From the sequence record PZ445418.1: 43,104 nt of DNA, one strand, 5' to 3'. Below, one piece after another: positions 26,807 to 35,536 of this stretch. Within the stretch, counting starts at the first letter, position 1. Every line of letters begins with the position of its first letter. Origin of the DNA: a phage. A program made the position numbers and the translations under genes. The notes beneath the pieces were generated by a model. It searched no databases. It worked only from the letters and a program-made list of their open reading frames with translations, and was not told the DNA's origin.

Positions 26807-28263
26807 TTGCGCGCCTTTTTAGCTTTCATGTATTCCATCAAGTCGTCCTGGATATCTCGCTTACTGTCGCGACGTTCGGCGACCAGTTCATCCAGTGTGC
26901 CACGCGCCTGGATAATGTAGACGAATACCGGACGGGGGTGTCCGGCTTGCATCTGGCGAACCGGCCCTATACGCTCCACAATCTGCGAAAAGTGCTCATA
27001 GTTCCAGGTGTCTGAGAAGATAGCAAGGTGGTGCCCACCATCCTGCAAGTTAAGGCCGTGACCCGCCGATGCCGGGTGCGCGAACATGATGGGGATCTCG
27101 CCCCTGTTCCACGCTTCCATATCCTTATTGCCCTGCTTACCTTTACCCAACGCAACGCCGTGCGGAAATTTCTTCTTGAGACGCGCCAGATCATGCTTGT
27201 ACTGGTATGCGACGAGCAACGGTGCGCCGTTCAACTCCTCCACGATACTTTCCAGCGCGTCTAGCTTAGCGTCGTGAATCTTCACCCACTCGTCGGTCCG
27301 TTCGCCGTCTTCGTCGACTTTATACACAGCCCCCGAAGCAAGCTGAAGGCATTTAATAGTCTTCGACGCAGCGTTCGCCGCCTCCACAGTTCCGCTCTCC
27401 AGTTCGGCAAATAGCTCCGCCTCAAACTGGTCATAAATCTTGCGGGCTTTCTTCGGTAGATCCACAACAACCGGCGTATATATTGGCTTGTCACATCCGA
27501 AATATTCAGCCGCATCAACGGTTAGCGACACGTCTGACAGGCGTTGTTGTATTTCTTTCTCGGAGTTTTTTAGCGGGGCGTGCTGCATAGTGAAGCGGCC
27601 AGGCTTAACAGGCTTGCTAATAAACCAGCGGTCTGTGAATGCTTTATAGCTACTGCCGAGGCGTTCGCCACCGTCGACAAACCACGTCTGACCCCATAGG
27701 TCTTTCAGCCCGTTTGGTGCGGGTGTGCCTGTCAGGTTGATCCAGCGCTTGACGTGCTTGTGCGCAATCGCCGCCAGTGCGCGGGCGCGCTTACTTCCCT
27801 GCTTACTTCGATAGCCTTTCAGCTTAGTCGATTCATCGGCAACAACGACCGTAAAGGGCCACGCATCGCCGTAATAGTCAACCAGCCACTCAACCACATC
27901 ATAGTTAACACAAACCACGTTAGCGTTACTCTCCAGCGCGGCTATGCGGTCCTTCTCTGGCCCGGTGCCGTCTACGACCAGCAAGGCGGGGAATCGCCAT
28001 TTTTCTTGTTCCGGGGGCCACGTACCGGACGCAACGCGCAGCGGAGCCAGCACCAGCACGCGGTCATCTTGGTTTGACAGTATGCCAGTCTGGAACATTT
28101 TGTTCAGTGCCCACATTGTCGCGCCGGTTTTACCCGACCCCATTGTCGCCCAGATATTACATCGCTTATGCTTAAGGATGAACGCGGTAATCAACTTCTG
28201 ATATTCGCGGCGTCGGAATCGTGCCATATCTTTATTCCGCCTTTTTCCAGACTTCAGTTTCAC
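26803..28263 (-). CDS. SNF2-family helicase
   Basis: Walker A GSGKTG, Walker B-like VVVADEST, C-terminal helicase motifs HGLNLQ and Q-x-x-E-R. Confidence 0.8.
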   Translation of the reverse strand: MKLKSGKRRNKDMARFRRREYQKLITAFILKHKRCNIWATMGSGKTGATMWALNKMFQTGILSNQDDRVLVLAPLRVASGTWPPEQEKWRFPALLVVDGTGPEKDRIAALESNANVVCVNYDVVEWLVDYYGDAWPFTVVVADESTKLKGYRSKQGSKRARALAAIAHKHVKRWINLTGTPAPNGLKDLWGQTWFVDGGERLGSSYKAFTDRWFISKPVKPGRFTMQHAPLKNSEKEIQQRLSDVSLTVDAAEYFGCDKPIYTPVVVDLPKKARKIYDQFEAELFAELESGTVEAANAASKTIKCLQLASGAVYKVDEDGERTDEWVKIHDAKLDALESIVEELNGAPLLVAYQYKHDLARLKKKFPHGVALGKGKQGNKDMEAWNRGEIPIMFAHPASAGHGLNLQDGGHHLAIFSDTWNYEHFSQIVERIGPVRQMQAGHPRPVFVYIIQARGTLDELVAERRDSKRDIQDDLMEYMKAKKARK

Positions 28264-28450
28264 TATCCCAGTTCCTCTTTGTGGCGTCGTAGTTGGTGGC
28301 GTGTCCGACGTGGATACCGGTAGCCAGGAAGCTCTTAAATTTTTGCCAGCATACCGTCAACGGCAGCGGGTCATTCATGCCTGAGATAAACCATACGCGA
28401 TCGCCCGGTTTACATTCGCCCAGCTTGGTGAGTCTGTAATGTTCTTTCAT
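28232..28450 (-). CDS. hypothetical protein
   Basis: about 72 aa from ATG (MKEHY) after GGGAGA; overlaps helicase start. Confidence 0.35.
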   Translation of the reverse strand: MKEHYRLTKLGECKPGDRVWFISGMNDPLPLTVCWQKFKSFLATGIHVGHATNYDATKRNWDSETEVWKKAE

Positions 28451-28493
28451 CGTCATGTCTCCCAAAAATGGCGGGACAAGCCCGCCGTATTAA

Positions 28494-28667
28494 TTATTTT
28501 TGCTCTGCGCGGTAGCGGCGCTGCCGTTCGCGCTCTTTTTTATTGCGGCACGATTTGCACTCCGCCCGATACCCGTCCGGGCTGCGCGCAGTCTTGCCGG
28601 TGTACTTGTGGAACTGGGATAGCGGTTTAACGCAGCCGCAATTACTGCAACGTTTTTCTTCAATCAT
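28494..28667 (-). CDS. small zinc-ribbon protein
   Basis: 57 aa with C-x2-C ... C-x2-C and basic C-terminus; GAGGA RBS. Confidence 0.45.
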   Translation of the reverse strand: MIEEKRCSNCGCVKPLSQFHKYTGKTARSPDGYRAECKSCRNKKERERQRRYRAEQK

Positions 28668-28707
28668 CTCTAAAATCCTCGATATGGCTAACCGGCACAC
28701 TATACCG

Positions 28708-28986
28708 CTACGCGACCAATTCAGCAACCAATAAATCACAGTCGGCTATGTTGTCGATAACGCGAACGTCAGCACCGCGGCGGGCCATTCTCACATGCTC
28801 ACGTACCTGGTGCGGCTTCGGTTTTCCGCCGGGGCGCTTCACTTCGACGAACACTATGATGCCGTTGATTATGATAATCAGGTCGGGCGCACCCGCGCGC
28901 CCCTCCCATGCCAGTTTGCGGCAGAAGCCGCCTACCTCTTTCACCCGTCGCATCAGGTGACTTTGAATCTTGCCTTCGGGTGTCAT
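28708..28986 (-). CDS. VRR-NUC domain nuclease
   Basis: DLIII...FVEVKRPGGKPKPHQ PD-(D/E)xK-like core; 92 aa. Confidence 0.65.
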   Translation of the reverse strand: MTPEGKIQSHLMRRVKEVGGFCRKLAWEGRAGAPDLIIIINGIIVFVEVKRPGGKPKPHQVREHVRMARRGADVRVIDNIADCDLLVAELVA

Positions 28987-29174
28987 TTGGTTTGCAATTC
29001 CACGTTACGCAGACGAAGGTCTACCGGTATATCCGATCGACCGGTTAGCGCCAGCGCCAGGTTTTCAGGCGTGACAAGTGCCGTAATGGTCTTGCCACGT
29101 TCCAGTCTAATGACGATTCGAATCTCGTCATTGTCCGCCGCGACAGCGCGCATAATGCTCATTTCTGCTTTCAT
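28983..29174 (-). CDS. hypothetical protein
   Basis: about 63 aa from ATG (MKAEM) with AGGAAG RBS, 4 nt after polymerase stop. Confidence 0.4.
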   Translation of the reverse strand: MKAEMSIMRAVAADNDEIRIVIRLERGKTITALVTPENLALALTGRSDIPVDLRLRNVELQTK

Positions 29175-29178
29175 AATC

Positions 29179-31470
29179 TTACTTCCTGTATCGATACATA
29201 ATGTCGCCTTCCGCGGCAAGCGGGAAGCCTTTCGCCCAGATCGGCAGGTCGCACATCAGCGCGCATAGCTCCTCGGTCGTGTAGTCGTCAGTATCCGGCA
29301 CTTCGGTTATCAGTTCATCGTGTACGGACAGTACGATCTCATATCCCGCAGATTCAACGCCCGGCATGGACCATGCGAGGATATCGCGACACAGCGCCTG
29401 TACGATGTTTTCCGTGAGTTTGCCGCCGTAGGTGTACTGGAAGCCCCACTGGCGGGTCGTCTGATTCTCGCCCTGATATTTAATGCGGGTGCTGGTGCGC
29501 TTCTTGCCGGTATCTTCGTCGATCTCGGTAGTCACTGACAGCGCAATGCCCGGATAACTCATGATGCGCCCCGACGGCAACTCGATTTTCAACCACCACC
29601 CCGCGGCGTTCGGGTCGTCGCGCTCCTCGTCGAAGGTGGGGTCGTGCTTCGCCTTCGTGCGGACTATCTTGAGCGCTTTCTTGCCATCCGGGCGAACGTT
29701 CGCGCCAGCCCAGTACGCTTTGCCCGGATTGCGGATCGCGCAGAGCACCGCGTCTTCCAGTTCGGCCCAAAATGCTACCGTCTTCGGGTGGGCCTCACGC
29801 CACATACGTTTGATCGCATCACACGTCAACCATACGTTTTTCGGCAGTATATAAGTTGGGCGCTCGTCTTTCTTGCCAGGCTTCGGCGGTCGTTTCGCTT
29901 CGTTAATGCGGGCATACTCATAACCACGTTTCGCCGCGGCCCAAATATGATCGGGAAATGTGCCCTTCATGACGTCCGCCATCGCATACAGGTCGAGGCC
30001 CAGGTTTTTAGCAAACTGCAGGAACGCCGCCACGCCGCCGCCATAACCAAGTCCCAATTCGCACGCCTTACCAATCTGGCGCAAGTCTTTGCGGTTGGCT
30101 TTGATGTATTCCGGGTCGAGGCCGAACATCTTACCGGCAGTCTCGCAATAGATATCGCGACCAGCCCTGAACACCATTAGCGCGGTTTTCTCGCCGGCGA
30201 TCCAGGCAAGCCCGCGACCTTCCACGTTAGAATAGTCAGCTACAACAAACTTCTTGCCCTTAGCCGGGATAATGCACCCGCGAACGGTAGAGGCTGTTAA
30301 CTTCGATATGTCATACGCCCAGTGCGCTGTCCCGCGTAACAGGGAGTTGATGCCGTTGGTAAGCATGTGCGACCGCACCCAAAACGCGACGTCGCTCTCG
30401 CCATCACGGCGCTTAATCTTCCCTTCGGGGTCGTCGCTATACTCGCCGCGTGCTAGGTTTTGCGGCTGGAAGCCCTTACCGGCCCAGCGTAGCGTGCGCT
30501 TTGCCCCACCATACTGAAGACAACCACGGCGGCGACCATCGGCAGACAGCCCATTTACGAGCGGATTGTACTTGGTCGATGCCGTTGATGATGCTCCGAG
30601 GCGCATCTCGATAAGCACTTTGCCTTCGTCTGGGAAGTCCGGGTCTTCAAGCAGGTCGTTAAGCGTGGATTTCTGCGCGTTGTGGATTGTGAACGCAGGA
30701 GCGAGGTCGCGCAGCGCGGGCAAGAAGTCATTGCCGGTCAGCTTACCGCCGAAGCGCTCCCATGCTTCTTCCTTCAATTCTTCCTTATGCGCCTGTACCG
30801 CTTTGATCGCGGCGCGCGCCAGGTCAACGTCCACATAGAAGCCGCGGTCATTGATCAACTGGTCAATACGCAGGATTTCGTCTTCCTTCGGCGTGTTACC
30901 CCAGTCCGGTATGCGCCAGTAGACTTCCCTCATCGCTATAATATCCAGCGCGGCATAGCGCAGGAATTTAGCCCACTCCTCGGGGTGAGTCTCGCGCGTG
31001 TAGCGGCGGATTTTGTAAGTCTTAGGGGTTGGCTTACAGAATCGTTTAATCAGCGCCTTGCCCGCCTTATCCTTCGCGTGCTCTGCGTCAACGCCCAGCA
31101 CCTGGCATTGCATATCGAGGCTACCCGGCAGCGCGTGTCGAAAGGCCATAATCATGGTATCTTCGATCTGGCCTACCGGCAGGTCAATGCCCCACTTCTC
31201 GCGAATAACCAGGCGGTCAAACAGGAGGCCGTTAGCCATCACTATTTTAGCCTTCTTGCGGCATACCTGGCGGAGCGCCTTGCGCAGTTCACGCGGCATT
31301 GTTGGGGATTCAGTGGCGTCCCATGTCTGCACGCGGCCCTCGTCGATGGCGTATGTGCAAATCATAATCTCGGTGGTTGGGTGCTCTGCGTAGGCGTACG
31401 CCCCTACTTTCTTCAGGTCCACCCCGCTAAATGTCTCGGTATCGAGAAACAGGCGTTCGAAGTCTTTCAT
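29179..31470 (-). CDS. DNA polymerase, family A, with 3'-5' exonuclease domain
   Basis: N-terminal DTET exo motif; DYSNVEGR (motif A-like); KACELGLGYGGG (motif B-like); VHDEL (motif C). Confidence 0.9.
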   Translation of the reverse strand: MKDFERLFLDTETFSGVDLKKVGAYAYAEHPTTEIMICTYAIDEGRVQTWDATESPTMPRELRKALRQVCRKKAKIVMANGLLFDRLVIREKWGIDLPVGQIEDTMIMAFRHALPGSLDMQCQVLGVDAEHAKDKAGKALIKRFCKPTPKTYKIRRYTRETHPEEWAKFLRYAALDIIAMREVYWRIPDWGNTPKEDEILRIDQLINDRGFYVDVDLARAAIKAVQAHKEELKEEAWERFGGKLTGNDFLPALRDLAPAFTIHNAQKSTLNDLLEDPDFPDEGKVLIEMRLGASSTASTKYNPLVNGLSADGRRRGCLQYGGAKRTLRWAGKGFQPQNLARGEYSDDPEGKIKRRDGESDVAFWVRSHMLTNGINSLLRGTAHWAYDISKLTASTVRGCIIPAKGKKFVVADYSNVEGRGLAWIAGEKTALMVFRAGRDIYCETAGKMFGLDPEYIKANRKDLRQIGKACELGLGYGGGVAAFLQFAKNLGLDLYAMADVMKGTFPDHIWAAAKRGYEYARINEAKRPPKPGKKDERPTYILPKNVWLTCDAIKRMWREAHPKTVAFWAELEDAVLCAIRNPGKAYWAGANVRPDGKKALKIVRTKAKHDPTFDEERDDPNAAGWWLKIELPSGRIMSYPGIALSVTTEIDEDTGKKRTSTRIKYQGENQTTRQWGFQYTYGGKLTENIVQALCRDILAWSMPGVESAGYEIVLSVHDELITEVPDTDDYTTEELCALMCDLPIWAKGFPLAAEGDIMYRYRK

Positions 31471-31637
31471 TGCTTAATCCTCACTACGGCGTCAGCGCTG
31501 CCGATCATGGAGAAGATACCGTCGGAAAGGGTTATCTCCTCGCCGTTGTTGCGAATCTCGGCAACGGTGAAATACTCGCCCAGCAATTTAGACCATACTC
31601 GCATTCCGACTTTTACTTCGCTGGCTTTAATGCGCAT
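31467..31637 (-). CDS. small hypothetical protein
   Basis: 56 aa (MRIKASEVKVGMRV...), stop overlaps polymerase ATG (ATGA). Confidence 0.4.
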   Translation of the reverse strand: MRIKASEVKVGMRVWSKLLGEYFTVAEIRNNGEEITLSDGIFSMIGSADAVVRIKQ

Positions 31638-31695
31638 TTTTCATTGTCCTATTAAGAAGCCCGCATTAAGCGGGCTTGAATAGTGGGCTTTGCCC

Positions 31696-32472
31696 TTAAC
31701 GGCGGCGACGTTTGCGTGGTGCTTCGTCTTCGTCGTCGTCCTCATCATCTTCGTCATCGCGTGGCTTACGACGTTTACGAGGTTTCTCGTCTTCGTCATC
31801 GTCATCGCGGCGCTTGGACTTTTTGGACTTGCGCGACTTGTCATCTTCGTCATCGTCATCACGACGTTTTGACTTTTTGGACTTGCGCGGTGCTTCGTCT
31901 TCGTCGTTGTCCAGGTCTTCATCGGAGCAAGAAGACCCGCCACCGCCGAAGGCTTCGCCGTCGTCACGGAAGCGTAAACCCAGCAGTCCAGCACCGAGTC
32001 CCTTGCCGTTGGTATTGTTCCACGCCCAAATATCCAGGGACACATTGCAATAACAACCGGAGTAGATCTCCTGGCCTTCAATTTCGTCGCCTTCTACGGT
32101 CAGACCCTGTTCGGTCTGCTTCTCGCCGAGTGACGTTTGAATGTTTGGCTGCTTGAACGATTTGGCATTGATGTACAACATGCCTTCGAATTCTTCGGTT
32201 ACTTCGTCGCGCTCGTCGCCGTCGCGAACTGCGCATTCCTTAGAATCCTGGGCGTAGTGGCGGTCCATCCACTTATCGGCGTTCTTCTCGGATTTCAGCT
32301 TGTCGGTGAGCACTGCGCGCGCTGCCGCTTCCACTTTGTCCACCTGCGGATCTTCTTTATCAAGAAGAATCACTGCACGGTATGCCGGTTTTTGTCCATC
32401 CTGTTTAGGGGTATCGCGCTCCCAAATTTTAAGGAAACATACGCGCACATTTTTCAGGTTGACTTTAGCCAT
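31696..32472 (-). CDS. ssDNA-binding-like protein (DUF2815-like) with charged tandem-repeat tail
   Basis: ATG at 32472 (MAKVNLKNVRV) with AGGA RBS; FGGGG near C-terminus; tail of repeated DDDDED/KSKKSKRR units. Confidence 0.5.
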   Translation of the reverse strand: MAKVNLKNVRVCFLKIWERDTPKQDGQKPAYRAVILLDKEDPQVDKVEAAARAVLTDKLKSEKNADKWMDRHYAQDSKECAVRDGDERDEVTEEFEGMLYINAKSFKQPNIQTSLGEKQTEQGLTVEGDEIEGQEIYSGCYCNVSLDIWAWNNTNGKGLGAGLLGLRFRDDGEAFGGGGSSCSDEDLDNDEDEAPRKSKKSKRRDDDDEDDKSRKSKKSKRRDDDDEDEKPRKRRKPRDDEDDEDDDEDEAPRKRRRR

Positions 32473-32562
32473 TTTCCAATTCCTCATTTTCACATGTATC
32501 GGGGTTATTGTGAGCCACCCCGTTCGGCTTGGTTGCTAATCTACTTGGTTGCGCCTAAGCGG

Positions 32563-32805
32563 TCAAGCATTTTCATTAAAAAGATTTCGGGTCACGTAGT
32601 TGGCGGCGTTCTCGACCCAGCTTAGCGGCGGGCGTTCGCCATGTCTCGCGATCCACGCCACGGCAATGGTGCTGTATCCATCGTCCAGCCAGCTGGTCGG
32701 ATGGCGAATCATCCAGGCCACCATTAACACGCCTTGCACGCAATGCAGGATAAATCCAAGCGCGCCGAGCAAAAACATCAATAAGATTGCGAATACTTTA
32801 TTCAT
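32563..32805 (-). CDS. small membrane protein
   Basis: 80 aa with two hydrophobic helices. Confidence 0.35.
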   Translation of the reverse strand: MNKVFAILLMFLLGALGFILHCVQGVLMVAWMIRHPTSWLDDGYSTIAVAWIARHGERPPLSWVENAANYVTRNLFNENA

Positions 32806-34228
32806 TGCTTAAGTCCTCGTCAGTAGCTTCCGACCACGCAGGGCGAGGGTCGTCGATTGGTGCTAACACCGGTTTGGCTGGTGCGCGCGTGATTTTATCA
32901 CACAGCTTCGCCCACACTTTCGGCTTTTCGTCCTTCAATACCTTCTCGGCATCCGTAGGGCTGAGCAATGTTTCTTTGTACATCACATCGCGCTTAATCC
33001 GGGCCTTCGTGAATATTTCAATCACTTCGCTCTCGTCCGCCCACTTCCGGATCCCTTCCTTACCGGCAACCATCTTGAGGCCCAGCGATTCGCCAGCCCC
33101 CGCCATTACCGCTTTGAATACCGCGGACTCGATAGCTTTGATGTGCTGGCGCATTGCGTCCAGGCCTTCATAAGCCTTGCGCAGTTCCGCAGCGCTCATA
33201 GCACCGGGGGCCGCTTCTTTCTTACCACGCTTCGCACGTCGTGCCGCCTTCCTGGCTTCGCGGGCCATATTGCGATCGTGAGTGGCGCATTCTTCCTCGG
33301 TCGCCACGCTCACGTCGTCGCCCAGGTCTTCGTCTGTTGCCGTTGGGGGTGTCATCGTGTCGATTGCGGCCTTAGCGCGGGCACTACACTGATCCGCAAA
33401 TCGGCACCACTGGCACGCATCAACGCTGGGACGGAAGTCGGCACGGGTAAGTCCCTTCTTGCCTCGGGAATACGCCTCCAGTGCGGCAATAGCGCGCTTG
33501 GATGCAAACTTCGAGAATATCTCCAGCGCTTCTACCGAAATATCCCACTCCGACGCCCCGCCGCAATACGGCTGGAAGATAACCAGGCGAACGGTCGTAA
33601 TGTCGTACATAGTTTGCAGCTTGCGCAGCAGTCCGAGCGCGTACAACATAAGCTGTTTGTTCTCTTTCGCCTCGACCTTATGACGCCCGGTCTTCAGGTC
33701 GCCAACAATCAGCATGTACGTTCCATCGGTCTTTTTCATGACCATGACCATATCGGCAGTACCGAACGTTTTAATCCGGTTGCCGTCGATCTCGTAGCCT
33801 GGGTGAAGGACGCGGGTCAGATCGGCGCGCATCTCAAGCTGGACAAACTCCGCCACTTCGAGGAGCGGTCGCCAGTGGTCAATGTACGCGTCGCACTGTT
33901 TCACCATGTCGTCGTTGACCAGTACGCCGCCTTTCGGTGCTTTCGGGTGTGCCTTTACTGGCCCCCTGCCTTCGTTCTCGACGTAGCACCCTTTATATGT
34001 CTCCGCGGTAATCAGCTTCTCACCGGCGATAATGCGGTTTAGCACCACTTCAGATACGGTGTGCATACTCGTACCGTTAATCGCGGCTTGCCCGGATTCG
34101 TTCGGGATATCTTTTTCCACCACCAGGGCGGCAGGACACCCCATCCATTTTTTAGCACCGGATGGCCCAAGTAATGAGTGTTCTGTATTGCTACCGGATT
34201 GCGTTTTACGTTTTGGTTTAATCGCCAT
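32798..34228 (-). CDS. Cas4-like PD-(D/E)xK exonuclease (DUF2800-like)
   Basis: N-terminal S-L-L-G-P-S-G-A-K-K-W-M-G-C-P, nuclease core D-M-V-M..V-G-D-L-K, C-terminal C-Q-W-C-R-F-A-D-Q-C cysteine cluster. Confidence 0.65.
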   Translation of the reverse strand: MAIKPKRKTQSGSNTEHSLLGPSGAKKWMGCPAALVVEKDIPNESGQAAINGTSMHTVSEVVLNRIIAGEKLITAETYKGCYVENEGRGPVKAHPKAPKGGVLVNDDMVKQCDAYIDHWRPLLEVAEFVQLEMRADLTRVLHPGYEIDGNRIKTFGTADMVMVMKKTDGTYMLIVGDLKTGRHKVEAKENKQLMLYALGLLRKLQTMYDITTVRLVIFQPYCGGASEWDISVEALEIFSKFASKRAIAALEAYSRGKKGLTRADFRPSVDACQWCRFADQCSARAKAAIDTMTPPTATDEDLGDDVSVATEEECATHDRNMAREARKAARRAKRGKKEAAPGAMSAAELRKAYEGLDAMRQHIKAIESAVFKAVMAGAGESLGLKMVAGKEGIRKWADESEVIEIFTKARIKRDVMYKETLLSPTDAEKVLKDEKPKVWAKLCDKITRAPAKPVLAPIDDPRPAWSEATDEDLSNE

Positions 34229-34407
34229 TATTCCACCCGTGTAAACTGGACAATTACATATTTCACATTTGCCAGGCCCGCTTTTTCGACTCGGCGCTTA
34301 ACTTCATTTTGCGCGTCCACAAAGCAATTGCTTGCGTTGGTGTTTTCAACAATAAAAGAAGTGTGGTCGTTTAATTCGTGGCATGTTGCCAGCACGAAGA
34401 ATTTCAT
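34228..34407 (-). CDS. small hypothetical protein
   Basis: 59 aa (MKFFVLATCHEL...) not in ORF track; GGGAGA RBS; TAATG coupling at both ends. Confidence 0.35.
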   Translation of the reverse strand: MKFFVLATCHELNDHTSFIVENTNASNCFVDAQNEVKRRVEKAGLANVKYVIVQFTRVE

Positions 34408-34658
34408 TATTTCGTCTCCCAGCGGTCAATTGTTTTTGCTTCGGATGCAACTGCGAAGCGAACATATTCCAGATTGGAGTCTGCCCAAATATAAAAGTCG
34501 GGGTTAGTAAAGGTGGTGCGCTTAATTTGCGCAGGAGTATTGCGGCGTTTATCAATTACGGCAACGCGTGACTGAAAGCTGCCGATGCGTTCGAATAGCC
34601 AATAGTACGGGCGCTGGTCGCGGGAATCCACCGCCTCGATTAGCGTGAAGCGTGCCAT
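34407..34658 (-). CDS. hypothetical protein
   Basis: 83-aa track ORF in the coupled early operon. Confidence 0.4.
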   Translation of the reverse strand: MARFTLIEAVDSRDQRPYYWLFERIGSFQSRVAVIDKRRNTPAQIKRTTFTNPDFYIWADSNLEYVRFAVASEAKTIDRWETK

Positions 34659-34706
34659 TGTCTCTTCCTCTAAAAATAGGCCCGCAGATTAGCGGGCCGG
34701 ATAATA

Positions 34707-35135
34707 TTAGTCTTCCAGTTCGAAATAGGTTTCGACGATTTCTTTCAGATCTTTGTGGAAGTCTTCGACGTCGTCATCTTCCAGCTTGGCGATTGATTTG
34801 ATCTCAAACGCTTCCAGCAGGTCGTCAAATTCGTCGTTCGCGTCGTCGTCGTCACCACCAGCGATAATAGCGGCGTACTGTTTGATCTCATCGCGCATCT
34901 CTGCCAGCGGGTCGGCATCTTTCTTACCTTTTCCTTTCGCCGGAGCTTTTTTACCCTTCGCTGGTTTTTCGTCTTCGGCTTCATCGTCGTCATCTTCTAC
35001 GACTTCTTTTTTGGCCTTAGACGGCTTCTTGTCTTCCTGCTTACCAACGGCAGCGCCAACGGTTTCATAATGCTTAGCGATGGTTTCCAGTGCTACTACG
35101 CCGCGAGTAATCAGGTTTACGATTTGCTCAAACAT
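34707..35135 (-). CDS. acidic/Lys-rich early protein, first gene of leftward operon
   Basis: 143 aa from ATG at 35135 with GGAG RBS; runs DDDDEAEDE, GGDDDDANDEFDD, LEDDDVED plus KPAKGKKAPAKGKGKK; track ORF extends upstream to 35363. Confidence 0.5.
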   Translation of the reverse strand: MFEQIVNLITRGVVALETIAKHYETVGAAVGKQEDKKPSKAKKEVVEDDDDEAEDEKPAKGKKAPAKGKGKKDADPLAEMRDEIKQYAAIIAGGDDDDANDEFDDLLEAFEIKSIAKLEDDDVEDFHKDLKEIVETYFELED

Positions 35136-35331
35136 GGTATATCTCCAATTGGTTAAGTTTAGGTGTCGACCATTAACCTCGTCGGTGGCCTTAACATATT
35201 GCCTGGTTACGCGTTCTCCCGTTCGGGTAGTGGACCAGGTTATATAATCACGGTTGGGAATCCTGACACTTCGATCCGGCCCCTGCGTCGCCCCTCTCCA
35301 GTTTGCGTCCTGCATCCTGTCGACGGAGTGC

Positions 35332-35360
35332 ATATTAGATTGGTTGCAGAAGGGAGTCAA
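35332..35360 (-). promoter_or_regulatory. sigma70-like promoter TTGACT-17-TAATAT (leftward early promoter)
   Basis: good hexamers, 17-bp spacer containing TGCAACCAAT (35339-35348 on plus strand). Confidence 0.5.
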
Positions 35361-35370
35361 CAACTAATTT

Positions 35371-35406
35371 AAAAAAAAAGCGCCGAGGCAAAATGCAACG
35401 GCGCTA
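35371..35406 (-). terminator. intrinsic terminator on minus strand
   Basis: AGCGCCG / CGGCGCT stem followed on minus strand by nine U. Confidence 0.6.
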
Positions 35407-35428
35407 ACCAATAAGAGACAATGAGACG
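35371..35428 (-). ncRNA. candidate small RNA (about 58 nt)
   Basis: minus-strand promoter-like TTGAAA-17-AATAAT (35435-35463) followed within about 60 nt by the terminator above; no ORF. Confidence 0.25.
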
Positions 35429-35476
35429 GGATTTATTATTACACGCGTGCGCGCCCGTTTCAATATTCCAAAGGAG

Positions 35477-35505
35477 TTGACACCCTGCGGTTTTAGGTGT
35501 AGTTT
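35477..35505 (+). promoter_or_regulatory. sigma70-like promoter TTGACA-17-TAGTTT
   Basis: perfect -35, weak -10, upstream of HTH gene. Confidence 0.4.
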
Positions 35506-35536
35506 CATTGGTCATTAACCAACCGGAGACAGAACA

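Noticed and set aside
31712-32053. 113-aa plus-strand ORF made largely of poly-Ser
   Set aside because: It is the antisense reading of the charged tandem repeats in the SSB-like gene; no RBS or promoter.
35190-35310. Possible tRNA in the structured leader (GGTTGGGAATCC and CTTCGATCC resemble a T-arm)
   Set aside because: I could not build a cloverleaf with a 7-bp acceptor stem and matching D- and anticodon arms on either strand; likely just leader secondary structure. A tRNAscan-SE run would settle it.
34707-35363. Full 218-aa version of the acidic early protein starting at 35363
   Set aside because: The upstream 75 codons lie in the region expected to be the promoter-proximal leader, are Arg/Thr/Trp-rich and lack an RBS, whereas the ATG at 35135 has GGAG at optimal spacing; kept as an open question in the findings.
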